A stretch of 64,000 nt of DNA, taken from NCBI GenBank assembly GCA_973895155.1, contig OZ316891.1, forward strand, positions 11,468,771 to 11,532,770, written 5' to 3'. Below, piece after piece: positions 25,745-38,800 of the stretch. Position numbers and translations under genes: made by a program. Each line of letters begins with the position of its first letter. Positions within the stretch are counted from its first letter, which is position 1. The notes under the pieces were generated by a model that searched no databases, had not been told where the DNA came from, and saw nothing but the letters and a program-made list of their open reading frames with translations. The stretch comes from Marsupella aquatica (Eukaryota > Plantae > Marchantiophyta).

Positions 25745-28700
25745 TTACAGTGAACCTTGAAAGGGTTTTGTCATACTTGGTATTTACTCCTTACAATACC
25801 ACATTGATAACTAGGTTTGTGCAAAAAACAATAAAATAATAATCAAATTTGGCACCCAGCGCAAAAATGTGATGTTCCAAAATGGTGGGCTGGAACATAC
25901 AAGGGCAATTTTAGGAAATGGGAAGGATTATTTTTTTAAGACAAAACAGCTTAGAAAACTTGACTAGGGGCAATATGCCCCATAAACTATTTTGGCTATA
26001 TACTTAATATCTGGGTTTTTTTAATAGCCACTCACAAAAGTTCAAAATCAAGTAAATATCCTTTTGCAATTGAGAGCAGCGAAAACATTATCACTAGCTA
26101 ACCAAGCCCTGGCAATGGGTTGTTAGGTATAAGCGAGATACTGGGAAAAATATATTGAGAAACAAATTTAGTTGGGAAAATTGTGAAATTATGAAAGCCA
26201 GTTAAAATAACTTTTTGCAACTGAGAGTCCTCAAACCAAGTGACCACTACCAGCATTCTTCTAAGTGGCAAAAATTAGCTACCTTCCACCTCTCCGAAAA
26301 GTCTATGTCACTTTGTGCAAAAACTTACTACCCTAGGTTTATTTTGTCTTCCATTAACCAGGTTCTGGTCGCAAATCCCATTGGCTGGAATCTGATGAAT
26401 ATCTATGAATCCAGGAGATCCGACAATCCGAGATTAGTGTAGGAAAACTATGTAAACAACATTCTTAGCATCTTCTTCTCCGCATATAGTGACCAAAAAG
26501 GAGTATTGCAACTCATCAATTATTACCTGCTCGTATTCGGTTTCAGTCATTCCCATCAGTCATTTGCCATGTAAAACTTTCCTACTCAGTGAGGTAACCA
26601 AGATGACTCGATGGGGCTGCCAAGTTGACAACTGACTCAGCAGAGTCAGCCCACTGGAAATTTTCAACTTCAGCCTGACCACTAAGAGAAAAAAATAAAA
26701 CTCCCAAACTGACATTCCATTTTGGTGAGGCCGTCAAACTCACACAAACATGATTGATAGATACAGTAGATAATTGATAGGGTCAACAGTCTAGAAATAA
26801 AGGAAAAACTTTTAAAATTGCACTTGCCAGTGGCCACTAAGGTAACCACGGTATGCAAACCATACCCCGGAAGCTTTATTATTATTAATTAATCAATCAC
26901 AGCCACACAGGCGGCTGAGGAAAGGAAAGGCACCGAACAACAAGGGTCGTATGCAACGACGGCCATCAGTCTATGCCCGAGCCTGTTCGTGAGCATGGGC
27001 CACGGTGCTCTACTGCTCTTCCGCTGTATGTCTGCGGTCCTCATTTATTACCAGAGCTTCTCGGGCCACATTCCATGGCCCCGCTTCGTGCCCCACTGTC
27101 GATGCCCCACTGTCGATGCCCAGGAGCTGCCTCGCTAGAACTGCGGAAGGAAGCCGTGGCTGCTGTGAATGCCGCTGTCTGATGTACTCTCAGGGTGGCT
27201 TTACAAGAGGTTGGGGGCAGTTTTCACATTTTTTTTGTGTCCAAAATCTGATCAAGGTCATCCATTTGAGAGAAATTGCTACTGTTCACTTTACAAAATC
27301 TTGGAGACACTTTTAACCCAACCTGTTACCAATTCTACATGGAACCCAGTGGGACCCAATTTTTGCTGATGTGGAGCACTCTTTTGTCCTAGATTTTAGA
27401 CCACTTCTCTTGGTGGTGGTCTCTTCTTCTGGCCGCTTGGTCCATTTCTATTTTAAGTCATTTGTAATAAAAAGTACCCACAACTCCTTCATAAGATATT
27501 CTCTTCTCACATTTACAAAGACTTTAGCCAAAGATTACGTGACATTCAGGTGGAATAGGTCTTCAATCTGTCTTTTAATCAATTAATTTGGCACCATTAA
27601 TCTGGCACCATTGGCTGCACTTGGCTTTACAAGACCTTGGGGGCAATAAAAGGACTCAAAAAATACTTTTAGCTCCTGGACACTATATATATTTAGTATG
27701 TGCAATGGTACTCCAGTTTGCTTTGGTAAAAGAAACTCCCAAGTGCCCCCTACGTCTTGTAAAGTGCTCCTCAATGATTCGAGAAATGCGGAAAACTTTT
27801 TTTGTTTTGTTTTTAAGTTTGGATGCGCACTCGCTGACGTCCTCGAAGTGAAGGGGGAGGAAACTCGGAAAGCGCAATGAAATCCCAGAGCGGAAGAAAT
27901 AGAAATTCTAGAGCAAGAAGACAAACGAAGAGTGCTGTGCTTCCTGCGCTTCCTGCGCGGCGTTGGAATAAGTGCATTTATTTGATGTCTTCTTGTTGTG
28001 ATGGATGCAACGGCATTGACTTCGGAGTTCGGACGGAAGGTAGGAAGGAAGGAAGGAAGGAAGGAGAAGTTTACGTTGCCTGGGCGAGCAATTATTTGAT
28101 GTTCTGCTAGTCCGGTGCTGCTTGGTTGCAGGGTAGGAAAGGTTGCTGCGGAAATGCTGTTGGACGGGCTCACAATCGTGAAGACGTCAACCATCGTTTG
28201 CCTCTGCCAGTTATAGAATTCTGTTTTCTCTGTCACATTCCCATCATTCATGATTCCTTTCTTCGCTCTCGCTGAGGCCTGCGCGGACCCATCCGTCCGG
28301 CGTGGCGTTTGACTGTTGATGAGCACAAGGAGGGGGTAGTTGCTGACTCTTTGGAGAGTGAATAATTGGAGCAGTCTTGCATCATCCATCCTTCATTCCC
28401 GCAGTGGTGGTATGTCATCATCTTCCGGACCGGGACCAGCCTGAGGCAGAGGCAGGTGTTTCAGGCTTCGCTGTGTCACAAGTGTCCCTTTGGCCCTCCT
28501 CCGTACCTCGCTTTTCTGTGCTGAGGATGAGACCCTAAACTACTTCCACCAGACAGGCAGTGGCACGGGAGGAGTGAGATAGATTACTGCTCGCTTCGGT
28601 TCGCTTCCCAGATTGGCTTGCTTCTGAGTCGTTTAATCTGCCCTCGTGGACGGACTTTGCACCGGGGGAGTGGGTGTGGCTGAGCTCTGAGAGCCAACAA

Positions 28701-29515
28701 ACGTGCGAGGGATAGAAGAAGCGTATCAAATTAAGCAGTTTCTCTCACTCTCCGCAGTACTGGTGGAGCAGCGAGGCGGGTCGGGTGAGTAGTTTGTTCG
28801 CCCGCCGCCTCCTCCAGCATCATGATTGTCTGTTCTGATCAACTCACGATCATGGGGGACACATGTACAATGTTATATCTGTACGAGCATGTAGACAAGA
28901 CACAGTTCCTCATCTGTCGCTTCCTCTGTACACTCTGAAAGTAATGCCTGCTGGAATTGCGGACAACGTCACGGAGAGTGGTGTTTTATTTTCCTTGTTA
29001 TCGTTGCTGCCGTGCTGAAGTTTTAGAACTAATTGTAGATTAGACGACAACGTCAGGTACAACCCATTGGCATAGTGAACTCCTTCTACTCTCTCAGGAG
29101 GCGCACCGGATTTGATTTTTTGCTTGAGCAGGTGGTTCACCTCTCCTACAGTGGACGAAGAGGAGAAGAGATGCGGAGAAAGAAGCTAAGGGAATAGATG
29201 TGAATCTAGACGATTTCTTGGCATCAGCATGAGTTCCCTGAAGGAAAAATCCGTTTACTGCTCCTTGAATACATATTTGCGTCGCCCTGCAAGCACCGGT
29301 CGAATTGTTCGGGGAGACTCTTAAGTTCTAGTTAGTGATCATCCCAATCTATGATGAGGTACTATGCTGTCGTAGTGGGAGTTCTACCATTCTTGATTTT
29401 GCCCGGGAACAAGATTTCGGATTCGGAATGGTATTCACCTGGTTCCTTTTAAGAAGTGAGGCTGGTGGCGCATACGATAATAGGGAGTGTGGGTTGGAGT
29501 ACTCGTTTCGCAAAC

Positions 29516-30487
29516 ATGACAGGAGGCAAGTCGTCGTACGTGACCCCCGGGTTCATAGCAGCCATGGCTGTTTTAGGAGCTTCGGGGGTCGTCATCGTCG
29601 CACTGGCGGCAGTCTTCGTGTCCTGGTGTTTCGTGAGGTATTACCGGTACTTGAGACAACCGTCCTCAACAATGGTCCAGTTGAGGAATAGGATGCGCGA
29701 GGCAGATGGCATTCGGTCAATGGAAAGCGGGATGAATCACTACCATGTTGGCCGTGGTGGAATCGTTCACAGGGGGGCCATCGGTGTCCCTCCAGGGTTC
29801 ATACATTCGCTACCCTTGCTTAGATATAGCAAATCAGGAGCTCACCTAGCCTCTACTGATTTGAAAGGCCATATGAGTGAGTGCCCCGTGTGTCTTACGG
29901 AGTACAAGGAAGCAGAGCGAATCCGGCTGTTGCCAAATTGTAAGCACATATTCCACCCAACCTGTATCAACACTTGGCTCGAATCGCATACCACCTGCCC
30001 TCTTTGCAGAACCGACGTCCAATCTACTAAGCACTCGAGGAGTCAGTCATCTCTGGAAAGGATTCTGGCTTTGATTCGGAGGAGTGGGGCCAACCAGGTC
30101 GTCGATTCCTCTGCCCGCGATCGCTACTCTGGTCGACAGCGTGTGACAGTCGTGACCCCGCCTCCTCAGCAAAGTACTAGCACCGTAATCGGTCCTCCTG
30201 TGACAATCAACCCTCGGAGCAGCCGCCCCATCAGCCGCGAGCTACAGGAGCTACCGGAGTCCGATCCTCCAGCTCCTCCAATCCCGAGCAACAGTACTGT
30301 AGAGGCCGGGATGTTTTTCTCGTCTGTCTGGGGATCCTATGTTGATGTCCGCTCGGCTGGGCCTTCCTCGTCGTCATCTTCAGGATTCACACAGGTTTCT
30401 GTCACCATAACAGGTTCGGAGGAAGGCTGCAGTTCAGCTACGGATTTTGTTGCTATTTCCCTCGATTCCGACCACCCGGAGAGATGA
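29516..30487 (+). CDS. ATL: ATL-family RING-H2 E3 ubiquitin ligase, intronless
   Basis: N-terminal hydrophobic TM segment (FIAAMAVLGASGVVIVALAAVFVSWCFV), basic stretch, GLD-like region (GVPPGFIHSLP), and RING-H2 CPVC...RLLPNCKHIFHPTCINTWLESHTTCPLCR. The first ATG is at 29516. Confidence 0.95.
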   Translation: MTGGKSSYVTPGFIAAMAVLGASGVVIVALAAVFVSWCFVRYYRYLRQPSSTMVQLRNRMREADGIRSMESGMNHYHVGRGGIVHRGAIGVPPGFIHSLPLLRYSKSGAHLASTDLKGHMSECPVCLTEYKEAERIRLLPNCKHIFHPTCINTWLESHTTCPLCRTDVQSTKHSRSQSSLERILALIRRSGANQVVDSSARDRYSGRQRVTVVTPPPQQSTSTVIGPPVTINPRSSRPISRELQELPESDPPAPPIPSNSTVEAGMFFSSVWGSYVDVRSAGPSSSSSSGFTQVSVTITGSEEGCSSATDFVAISLDSDHPER

Positions 30488-31061
30488 CACGAGTAAGGAT
30501 TACGGACCACTACCGCCTGGGCATTCTACAAGCAGAATTATTGAATGCACCAGCTAAAATGGCAACTCCGAATTCATCGGCCACATAGCAGTGCTGCGCG
30601 AAATCAGCATGCTCGGGAATCGTATTTTAGTTATCTGGCGACTAGCGTCGATTGATTTTTTTTTCTTCGATTGTTTTGTCCAGGGAAAATCCTTCAGGAT
30701 ATGTCATTTAAACGTCAGCAGAGCTGCAGAAGTCTATTACCATAGCAGGTACCGGGCATAAATTCGCCATCCTGCAGGACGCAGAACTTCGAGTTCAAAG
30801 CTGTGTGATAGAATAGGGAAGACTCCGGAGCCATTACTGGGGTCTGGACATCATCGCTTTGGTCTGGAAGTCCTTCGCCCTCGACGTATTGGCTGCCATC
30901 GAACGTCGCCTTAGCTTTCTTTCTTTCAGATTCTTGACACGGAATGGTCTCTTAGCTGGAATCTTCCTCCAGTTACATTTGTCAGTTCTTATACAACTAT
31001 TCATTGTATGATATCATAAAGACTCCTCTCTTCCAGCGCGACAATTTTACAGCATACATTC

Positions 31062-31183
31062 TTTTGTAGCATCCATCCTGTGTACGCAGTCTGATATTCA
31101 CAAGACCTTCGAGGCATTTACATTTTGTAGCATCCATCCTGTGTACGCAGTCCGATATTCACAAGACCTTCGAGGCATTTACA
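31062..31183. repeat. Near-perfect ~61-bp tandem duplication between the convergent 3' ends of the ATL and EVE genes
   Basis: ttttgtagcatccatcctgtgtacgcagtc.gatattcacaagaccttcgaggcatttaca occurs twice. Confidence 0.9.
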
Positions 31184-31705
31184 CATCAAAGTTGGATGAG
31201 AATTCCAAACGATTTCAAAATTCAAGAGCAACATTGCATGTCTCAGTTTCGGCTGAGTGATAATTTTCAAAGTTTACACCGAGTCTAGTCTATTAAAACT
31301 AGTCGCTCCGGTGGTATAACCTGACCTGCACAACGCAGCTACCTTGTCGCTATTTCTTGTCCCATATCTGCAAGTCGCGTGTAGTGAAGGTTGGCTCGCT
31401 CCAGGGGATAGGTGGTGAAGGTGACACTATTATATCTACCCCCACCTTGCGAAATACGAGAGGAATCGAAAAATAGATACTTTGGATCTTGCTCCATGAG
31501 TCTCTGAGGTTTCTAGGCACGAGATGATCAAAATTGGAGAGGAACAAATGTGGGAGAATTTATGTAGTAGGTGCCGTAGGATTTGATTCAGGGAAGCCAG
31601 GGTGATCTGTTGGGATCAGTAGTCGACCACTTCATTTGCTCACGGCGTGACTCGGATCATGACACATTTGCATAAACTAGCGTGCATGTGATCTGTTACA
31701 CCTCG

Positions 31706-32743
31706 TCACGAGGGTTTCTTCGTCCTTGTCTTAGGAGTGCGTGAACCGGCTGGTGCCGCTCCCAGCTCGGACCTGTTGTTGTGCGATGTCTTTGTGTTGC
31801 TCTTAGGCGCTTCGTTGAGTTCTTTCGCTCCTCTCTTCATCGCTCCTCCGCCCTTCGCTTGCTTTATTTCAGCACTGCCCTTATCAGTTGTCTCGGTTGT
31901 GAATTCTTTGCTCGTCCGATTGGATGCTTTCCCGCCATTCTCGGGGAGGCCTTTCTCTTTTCTTCCGACTCCCACTTTCTTCTGCGTGTTCACTGAGCCT
32001 CTTCCACTCTTTCCATTCTCTTTGACTCCCAGGCATTTTCCACTCTCCAATCCCCCCAATTCGCACACTCGCTCCCAGATGCTTTCGTCTACAGGGACCA
32101 CAGAGAGCCTGGGCTGCCGGAGCATCAAGAATCCCTTAAAGTGGTCGTCATCCTTCATCTGCGCCAGAGTGACGGGTTGCTTCAGTGCCTCCACCTCCTG
32201 CACATTAACCGCTCCCCACTTCCCCGTCTCATCTGTCGGATCCGGGTAGAACGTTTTCAGCACTCGCACGACCCCCACCACCTCCTTCAACTTCCCAGTA
32301 TGGTAGAACAGGCAGAGGTCATCCACACTCATGCTCTTCATATGCTTCTGAGCTTGTGCATTCCGCACGCCATCCCACACTGACAGCCCCGAGTTCTCCT
32401 TCTGATTCTGCCACGACCATTCGTTCGGCTCCGTCTTCAGCAGCCAGTACTGGGGTTGTTGCTGCTGCAACTTCTCGTCGCCCATTTTGTTCGCTGTTGC
32501 TACTGCCGCTCCTCCAACTGCTCCCAGTCCGAATCTACTAGTTCTAGCTCTGTGCCTCTTCGAAACAGCTGATGCGACAACAGAGCAGACAGTTCTGCGC
32601 AGCCAAAGTACCACCGGCATTCGAGTTGTCAGTCCACCTCCATGGCGTATACCCACTGCGCGCATCCCACCTGAATCTCGTGCACTCACGAACGAAACCC
32701 AGCTGGACCCAAAGAACGAAAATGGTTTGGCGGACTCACGCAT
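31706..32743 (-). CDS. EVE-domain protein (thymocyte nuclear protein 1-like), intronless, K/E-rich C-terminal tail
   Basis: YWLLKTEPNEWSW...WDGVRNAQAQKHMKSMSVDDLCLFYHTG...YPDPT...RQPRLSVVPVDESIWERVCELG is the EVE signature. The start may be 32743, an intermediate ATG, or 32485. Confidence 0.93.
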   Translation of the reverse strand: MRESAKPFSFFGSSWVSFVSARDSGGMRAVGIRHGGGLTTRMPVVLWLRRTVCSVVASAVSKRHRARTSRFGLGAVGGAAVATANKMGDEKLQQQQPQYWLLKTEPNEWSWQNQKENSGLSVWDGVRNAQAQKHMKSMSVDDLCLFYHTGKLKEVVGVVRVLKTFYPDPTDETGKWGAVNVQEVEALKQPVTLAQMKDDDHFKGFLMLRQPRLSVVPVDESIWERVCELGGLESGKCLGVKENGKSGRGSVNTQKKVGVGRKEKGLPENGGKASNRTSKEFTTETTDKGSAEIKQAKGGGAMKRGAKELNEAPKSNTKTSHNNRSELGAAPAGSRTPKTRTKKPS

Positions 32744-32989
32744 ATGTCTATCTCGAGTTTCCGATACTTCAGTCAGCCAGCAGATACATTCGGCAAGACT
32801 CTGTATTCCAATCCTGACTTGGCCGAGTAGATGGTCACATTTCAGGCCTACGCTCTCTGATCATTCCATAACTACTACCCCTTCCGTCATTTTGATAGTG
32901 GTTCGAGACAACCATTATCTGTCATGAAGTCGAGTATATCGACAAAGCTACCATAGCCAGGTCTGCCATGAAGATGAGGTCATACTGAA

Positions 32990-35800
32990 ATCATGGGAGA
33001 AATGCGCCCAATGCAGGTAACAGAACATCTGTTCTCACTTCATGTGGGAATTGTTTCTCTGTGTTTCTAGAGTCTTGGGAAATGAGATGAGACTGGTGAA
33101 TCTCCAGTGCGTCTTCAAGCGAGGACTCTGGCCTTCCAGAACTAGCTTCCACACTTTCTTGTGGAGCACGACTATCCCTGACCATATGACAATCACCAGA
33201 AGAAACATTTCCTCTTGCACGAAAGACGAATTAAACCTTCATACAGTCAGGACTTGAGACGTACCGGAAGCTCGTGGGAAGTGAAGAACGTTTTGATGTG
33301 TCACACTTCACTTGCTTTCTCTGTTAATAAGAGGTATCCAAAAGTGTATAAGTAACAAAATTCTGACAAGAAGACTGTTGCTCTTCCCTCAAATCTTAAC
33401 ACTCCAGCTAGTGAGCAAGAGAGCAAAGGGCATTCGAAACATGAGAAAAAAATCAAGAACAATGTGAGTGCGAAAGACATGTAGTGACATGACAGCCTTT
33501 GCACTCCTGAAAGTCGTTTATGAGATGCTTCAATCTATACAGGATCACGAGTCAGATGGTGTTCTCGAATTGGGTGACACGTACCTTTTCATTGCACTAA
33601 TCAGGAATTAAGTTGAGTTTTTTTGTGAGAAAGAGCAAGATTGCTGGATAGACGGCTCAAAATGTGAGCAAGAAGAAAATTCATGGGGTTGCTAGCTGCA
33701 TCAACAAGCAGTGCAGTTCACTTCGAAGACGGATTCGTCTCATGAACCCAGGAAGGACAGACCACTCATGACCTGCCTGTTGAAGAGAGACGAGCTCAGG
33801 TGGAACTGATCCAGATAGCTGATTGTCATTAAAATGGCTGCAAGACACATACGAACAGGTCAGAACACTGGTCAAACTAGACAGCAGAATTAGAGCATTA
33901 GTATTGAAATGATCTCCGCTATTGAAAGTAGGGTGCCAGGAGAAATTCTTCGATTTTCCAAGATTAATCAGTCATCATTACTACAATTGTTTCACTAAAA
34001 CTAAGATGAGTTTCTCTTTAAACTCACAAAGAAAAATTCGAGAGAGAGTTTGTTTCAACCTATAACTATCTATTTAATCTTGCACATCTTAACTAAACTG
34101 GAGACTGGGAACAATAGTTTGTGGTTCTCGTCAGAGAGCCAATAGACCTCACCAAAAAGAACAGTCTACAGACTCCTTTGCATGCCTTCTGGACCAGCTA
34201 GACTTTGTTTCCTTACTGCTGCCGTGCACAACAATTCTATAAACAAGGATTCAGATTCTCGAAAATCAGTCAAACGGCCTGAAGCAACTGTCCAGCCTAC
34301 TTTAGTTAGGAATACAGCATTTAGTTGCATTTAGTTGCACTGCAGCTTGATTGGGCCAACCCCTGGTGAACTGGGCATGAAGCAGCTCACTTTCTTGTGA
34401 GTGTCACTTGATCTTAAACATTCCAATTGCCCACTTTGCGTCCCTTTGAGTGCAAACTCGTCGCAGAAGAGAATTTCCCCTAACATTGATCGCTAGCTAC
34501 TGCTGTGGCAGGGTTCTCGAATTGGACGGAATTTTCACTGTACTGATCAGGAATGGAGTTGAATTTTTTTCTGAGAAAGAGCAGGATTGCTGGACAGACG
34601 GCTCAAAATATCAGGAAGCAGGTTATTTATGGGGTTGCTACCTGCATCAACTAGCAATACAGTTCACGTGGGAGACACATTCTTCTCAGGAACCCAGGGG
34701 GACAGACCTGCCTCCTGACGGGGAAACACAGGCCAAGTCATGACTATTACTCGGAAAGGTTGGCAAAATTACAAAGTTGGAACAAACCACCTTTTAGATA
34801 GCTCGTGGAAAAATAGCTGCACTGAATCTAAGTTTCGAGAGTCTTCAGCCTCTAGGGGCATTGTCATCTCACTGATAGATGGTCTTCAAGTCGTCACGGA
34901 GAAGAAGGAGGGATTGGGTACACTCTGTCCTTACCTGTTGCGTCAGTATAGAATTTGAACAAGCGTGGAAAACCATCGGAGCGATTGCACCTACCAGAAA
35001 CGTTTGCGTCATGTCAGCACTTAATTCCGTCTTCTGCTAAGTCATCAAGCTTTGCATCCGCCGATGCGGCTAAGCCCAATTCTGCAGCGAACTTTTCATC
35101 CTGATCAAAGCAAACAGTCAAACGTAGTTGTGAAGATCAAAGACATACATCAATGTCAACCAGTGGAGCCATCGCCTAACACATTTCCACACACAACTAT
35201 ACGAGAAGGGGAATGAGAGATATCTAAATGTGAATGGCATTGACGGGTTCTATACCTTGGAAGCAGCAACAACAACATCGGCGAGTGACTCCTCAGCTGC
35301 ACCATTGGCAATGATCTTATCTTTGTCATTACGCTGTTTGCGAGCTAATTTCAGACATGACTCTATGTACACAGGATGCTTGAGAGCAACATGGGCTATA
35401 GCAAAGAGAAACCGACTGGCAGGAACCGCCGAAGCAGAGGAGAAGTAATGACGTTGTTGCCATCTCCGTCTTTGAAACCCAGGCCAGGGGGGCAGACTTC
35501 TGCGAACTTGGGAAAACAGATTGAGCAAGCTTCACTAAAAGCCCGAACGAAAAGCAGCGCTAGGAGCAGGGTGCAATGCATAGTTGCATTAATAGCTTGT
35601 TGTGGGCAGAATACCAGCAAGCTTCTGAGGGTCCAGGACAGACAATCAGATTCCACAAGATTCTGAACCTCTTGTGGGTGCCTGTCTCTAACCTGCTGGA
35701 TTATTTACGGGAGGAGCAATACGATCTCTCGTTGCCAAAAGCATATCTTCTTCGGCCCAGTTGCCAAACCCAATGCCCAGAATATTCTATCAGTCGGGAC
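32990..35800 (-). pseudogene. Fragmented gene remnants including one plant LRR exon
   Basis: ag|C HFNDNQLSGSVPPELVSLQQA G|gt at ~33773-33837 matches the plant extracellular LRR consensus. Other exon-like pieces lie at ~35020-35100 and ~35256-35656. A diverged duplicate spans ~33585-33765 and ~34532-34710. Confidence 0.45.
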
Positions 35801-38800
35801 TCATGTTACACTAGGCAGTGACTGAAAAGTGCACCCTCTTTTGTTCTTTGAACTAGCCCAATGTCTCGTTGGAGACTTTGTCTATACTAGTAATTATCAT
35901 TATCATTGCATAAGTGTTGTAAAGGAGCATAAGTGAGATTGTTTGTCACCTGGTTATCAAACCATTAACATAGAAAATACATTTTTTCTTGTACTACTAA
36001 TTGTTTGTATCGTATGACGGGGACGTGGAGTGACGCTATCTGGATTAATTTCATACTAAAGATGAGTAGATTCGTTTATGCACCCAAAAATGTATTTTTT
36101 GATCAAATCTACCGACCACACCTGTATTCTATGTTTTTGATCAAGTTCCCTGGAATGTCCATGTTCATGCTCCTACTTGCCTCTGGCAGAGTGTTGTCAC
36201 CACTCACACTCACAGGGTCTACCAAACCATGGAGTTTTTCTAAACAACCATTGGGGAAGAACAAAATCAAAGGAAAAGAGAGATAACATCACAACAAAAA
36301 ATGGTGAGAATCAACCAAATCCATATTTTTTGGTAAACACATTGCATGGGCAACCCAACCTCATATTGCCTACTCAACTTTGCCTCACAGGACAATGAGC
36401 ACCTCTCCATCTCACTACTCCAGATTGATTCTCTATTTTCACTGAATGTCAATCTCAAAACAAACACTCGACTAAGTTCCCCCCCCCCCTTGATCCTACC
36501 AGGGGCTGCCATTTAAATACCCAAAAACAACCAACACGTGAGTGCACAAGCCGTAGGGGTGTGGCGGCGGCCACTACCTTGGCTGGCTACCATCCTCTAG
36601 CGGTGCTACTAACCTAAATAAATTCTAACACATGCACTGCTAACCCTATTGCAACGTGTAGGCAGCCAACGGTGCCTTCATCGTCCACCCCTCCAACTAA
36701 GTGAAACCTAGACTAAGTCCTATCTATTCCATGGCCTGCCTTCCTACTACGTGGTTGCCTCTGTCTGTCACTACCTTGGCCACGAGAATTGTCAAAAGCA
36801 GAAATGCTCATAATCTAGTCTTGAGAAATTTTCTAGATAGCCACTGCCGTCCTTATCCCAACCCCCAAACTGGCTCCCAAAACGGAATTCAAACGGCCGA
36901 GATATGGCTTACCAAGGTTCAAGTTCTACCTCAGCCCCCATCACCCATATTTTGTCCGTACGACCACGGCCACCCCTAAAGAAATTATAGGAGAGACCCC
37001 TGGCCATGGCCTCATGCCAAGTTTTGGTCGGGGTCACTCACCTGGCTATTGTACAGATGTCAGTACGGTGCCAAGCCTCAACTTTTCACCCACAATGTTA
37101 TGCCTTGTATCTCATTCATTTTAACTCCTTCTGGGGTGTGTCTTACCTTGTTCGATTCAGCTTGGAGAGTTCTTTCCAACAAGCCTATAAACTCCTGATT
37201 CTGAGATTGTCAACAAAATTGACCTAAGTATGGCCAACGTTTGTACGGATGGCCTGCGCTGCTGGCCTGCCCACCAATAGTCATCTCCTCCCTCCATGAT
37301 GGCCACCTCCTTTCTCCTGCTATGATGGCCCCCATCCTTGCCCATTGCACAACTTAGGAATGGCCAACCTTGAGCTTTGGTATGGCCTCCCAAGAAAGGT
37401 ATACATTCACTAAAAGCTAGGGACTTTGGTGGCCATATCCACAACACAATTGCTAGGCCACCTAAATTTGCCATGTTATGGGCGTTGAAAGTTCTCAGGA
37501 GTATGATGGTTTGTATGCAATCTACATTGACCAATGGACTTTGGTTTTGCATGGGGCTCATCAAGGGCTTCAAAATGAATCCAAACATGGCCATGTTTGG
37601 AATAGTACGTACTAGCGCAGAAACATATGTTTTAAGTTTCAATGTTTTCTACATTTTGGTCTTCCCATTTTGCTCCTTATGTGGAGCCTCCGGCCAGCCC
37701 CCACCCGTCCAAGATGCCCACACCTTGGGCTCCATTGCCATTCTTGGACCAAATTCCATCACCGCTAGACACCCCTCTCAACTCCGGCCCCCGGTCGTTG
37801 CACCTATTTATTAGAACTAACCCAAAAAAATTGAAAATCCAAACACTTTTGCTACACCTAGTTGTCTTTCTATTTATATAGTTACACAATTATAACTCAT
37901 CACTAAGATATTACCTGGTTTGGGCCCTCTCACATTGTTATTCTCTTTGGAGATTCTTATCTTATTTAATGATTATCTGTGGTAATTAATGTTGAGCAAG
38001 GTGAGCTGGCTAGATAGTAGGGCTAGATAGTGGGATGCTTTGTTGGTAGCAAGTGACATCGAGCATAATTGTTGTCAAGCATAAGTGGGATTACCAGAGA
38101 GTTGGACATGTTCTTGACAGTAAGTGACATCAAGTGGAAGAGGCATCCAACATAAGTAAGACAACGCGCAAAGCAGTCGGATGCTAATTGGACTTGGCGA
38201 ATCAGCCTAACAACTGGATTTCAATGCGTGTGCAAGCTAGCAAGAGAGTGACGGGTTGTGCATAGAAAGGGGTTAGGTCCATCTCTATGTTACAAAAACA
38301 TATCACTATAATGAAATGGCTAGGGAGGCTTAATGACATTGTGCATGCAGACCATGAGAAAGAAAGATTGGAATTTCATATTGTAGCGTTTAGACTAGCC
38401 CAGTGCAACTAGCCCAACACCATGTGTTATGCAAACTTGTTGATTAGTAAGTGTTGTTGACCATAAGGGAGATGGCCAGTCTGTCAGACAGAGAAGGGAG
38501 CCAACGGGTTGGCCTAGCAACTGGATTTCAAGGAGTGTCAACTATGAGGAGAGTGATGAGTTGGGCTCAGAAAGGTGCACAATCATGGCACCTTGAAGCC
38601 CATCTCACGATTAGACAATGAGTCACCATAATCCAACCTCTTCTCCAAATGACATTAATTTTCTCAAACAAACCATGAGATAGAAACAGCAGGATTGCAT
38701 ATTATAGTGTCTAAAAATGATATAATTTGGGAGTGGAACTTTGCAGCCATGCATAACATTGTCAATTAGATATTCAAGTAAGTCTTCAAAGATGGTTGAC

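Noticed and set aside
31737-32927. 170-aa and 146-aa plus-strand ORFs
   Set aside because: They are antisense shadows of the EVE gene.
36400-38750. ORFs of 145-161 aa and a diverged ~310-bp duplication
   Set aside because: No motifs and no definable element boundaries. Likely old repeat debris.
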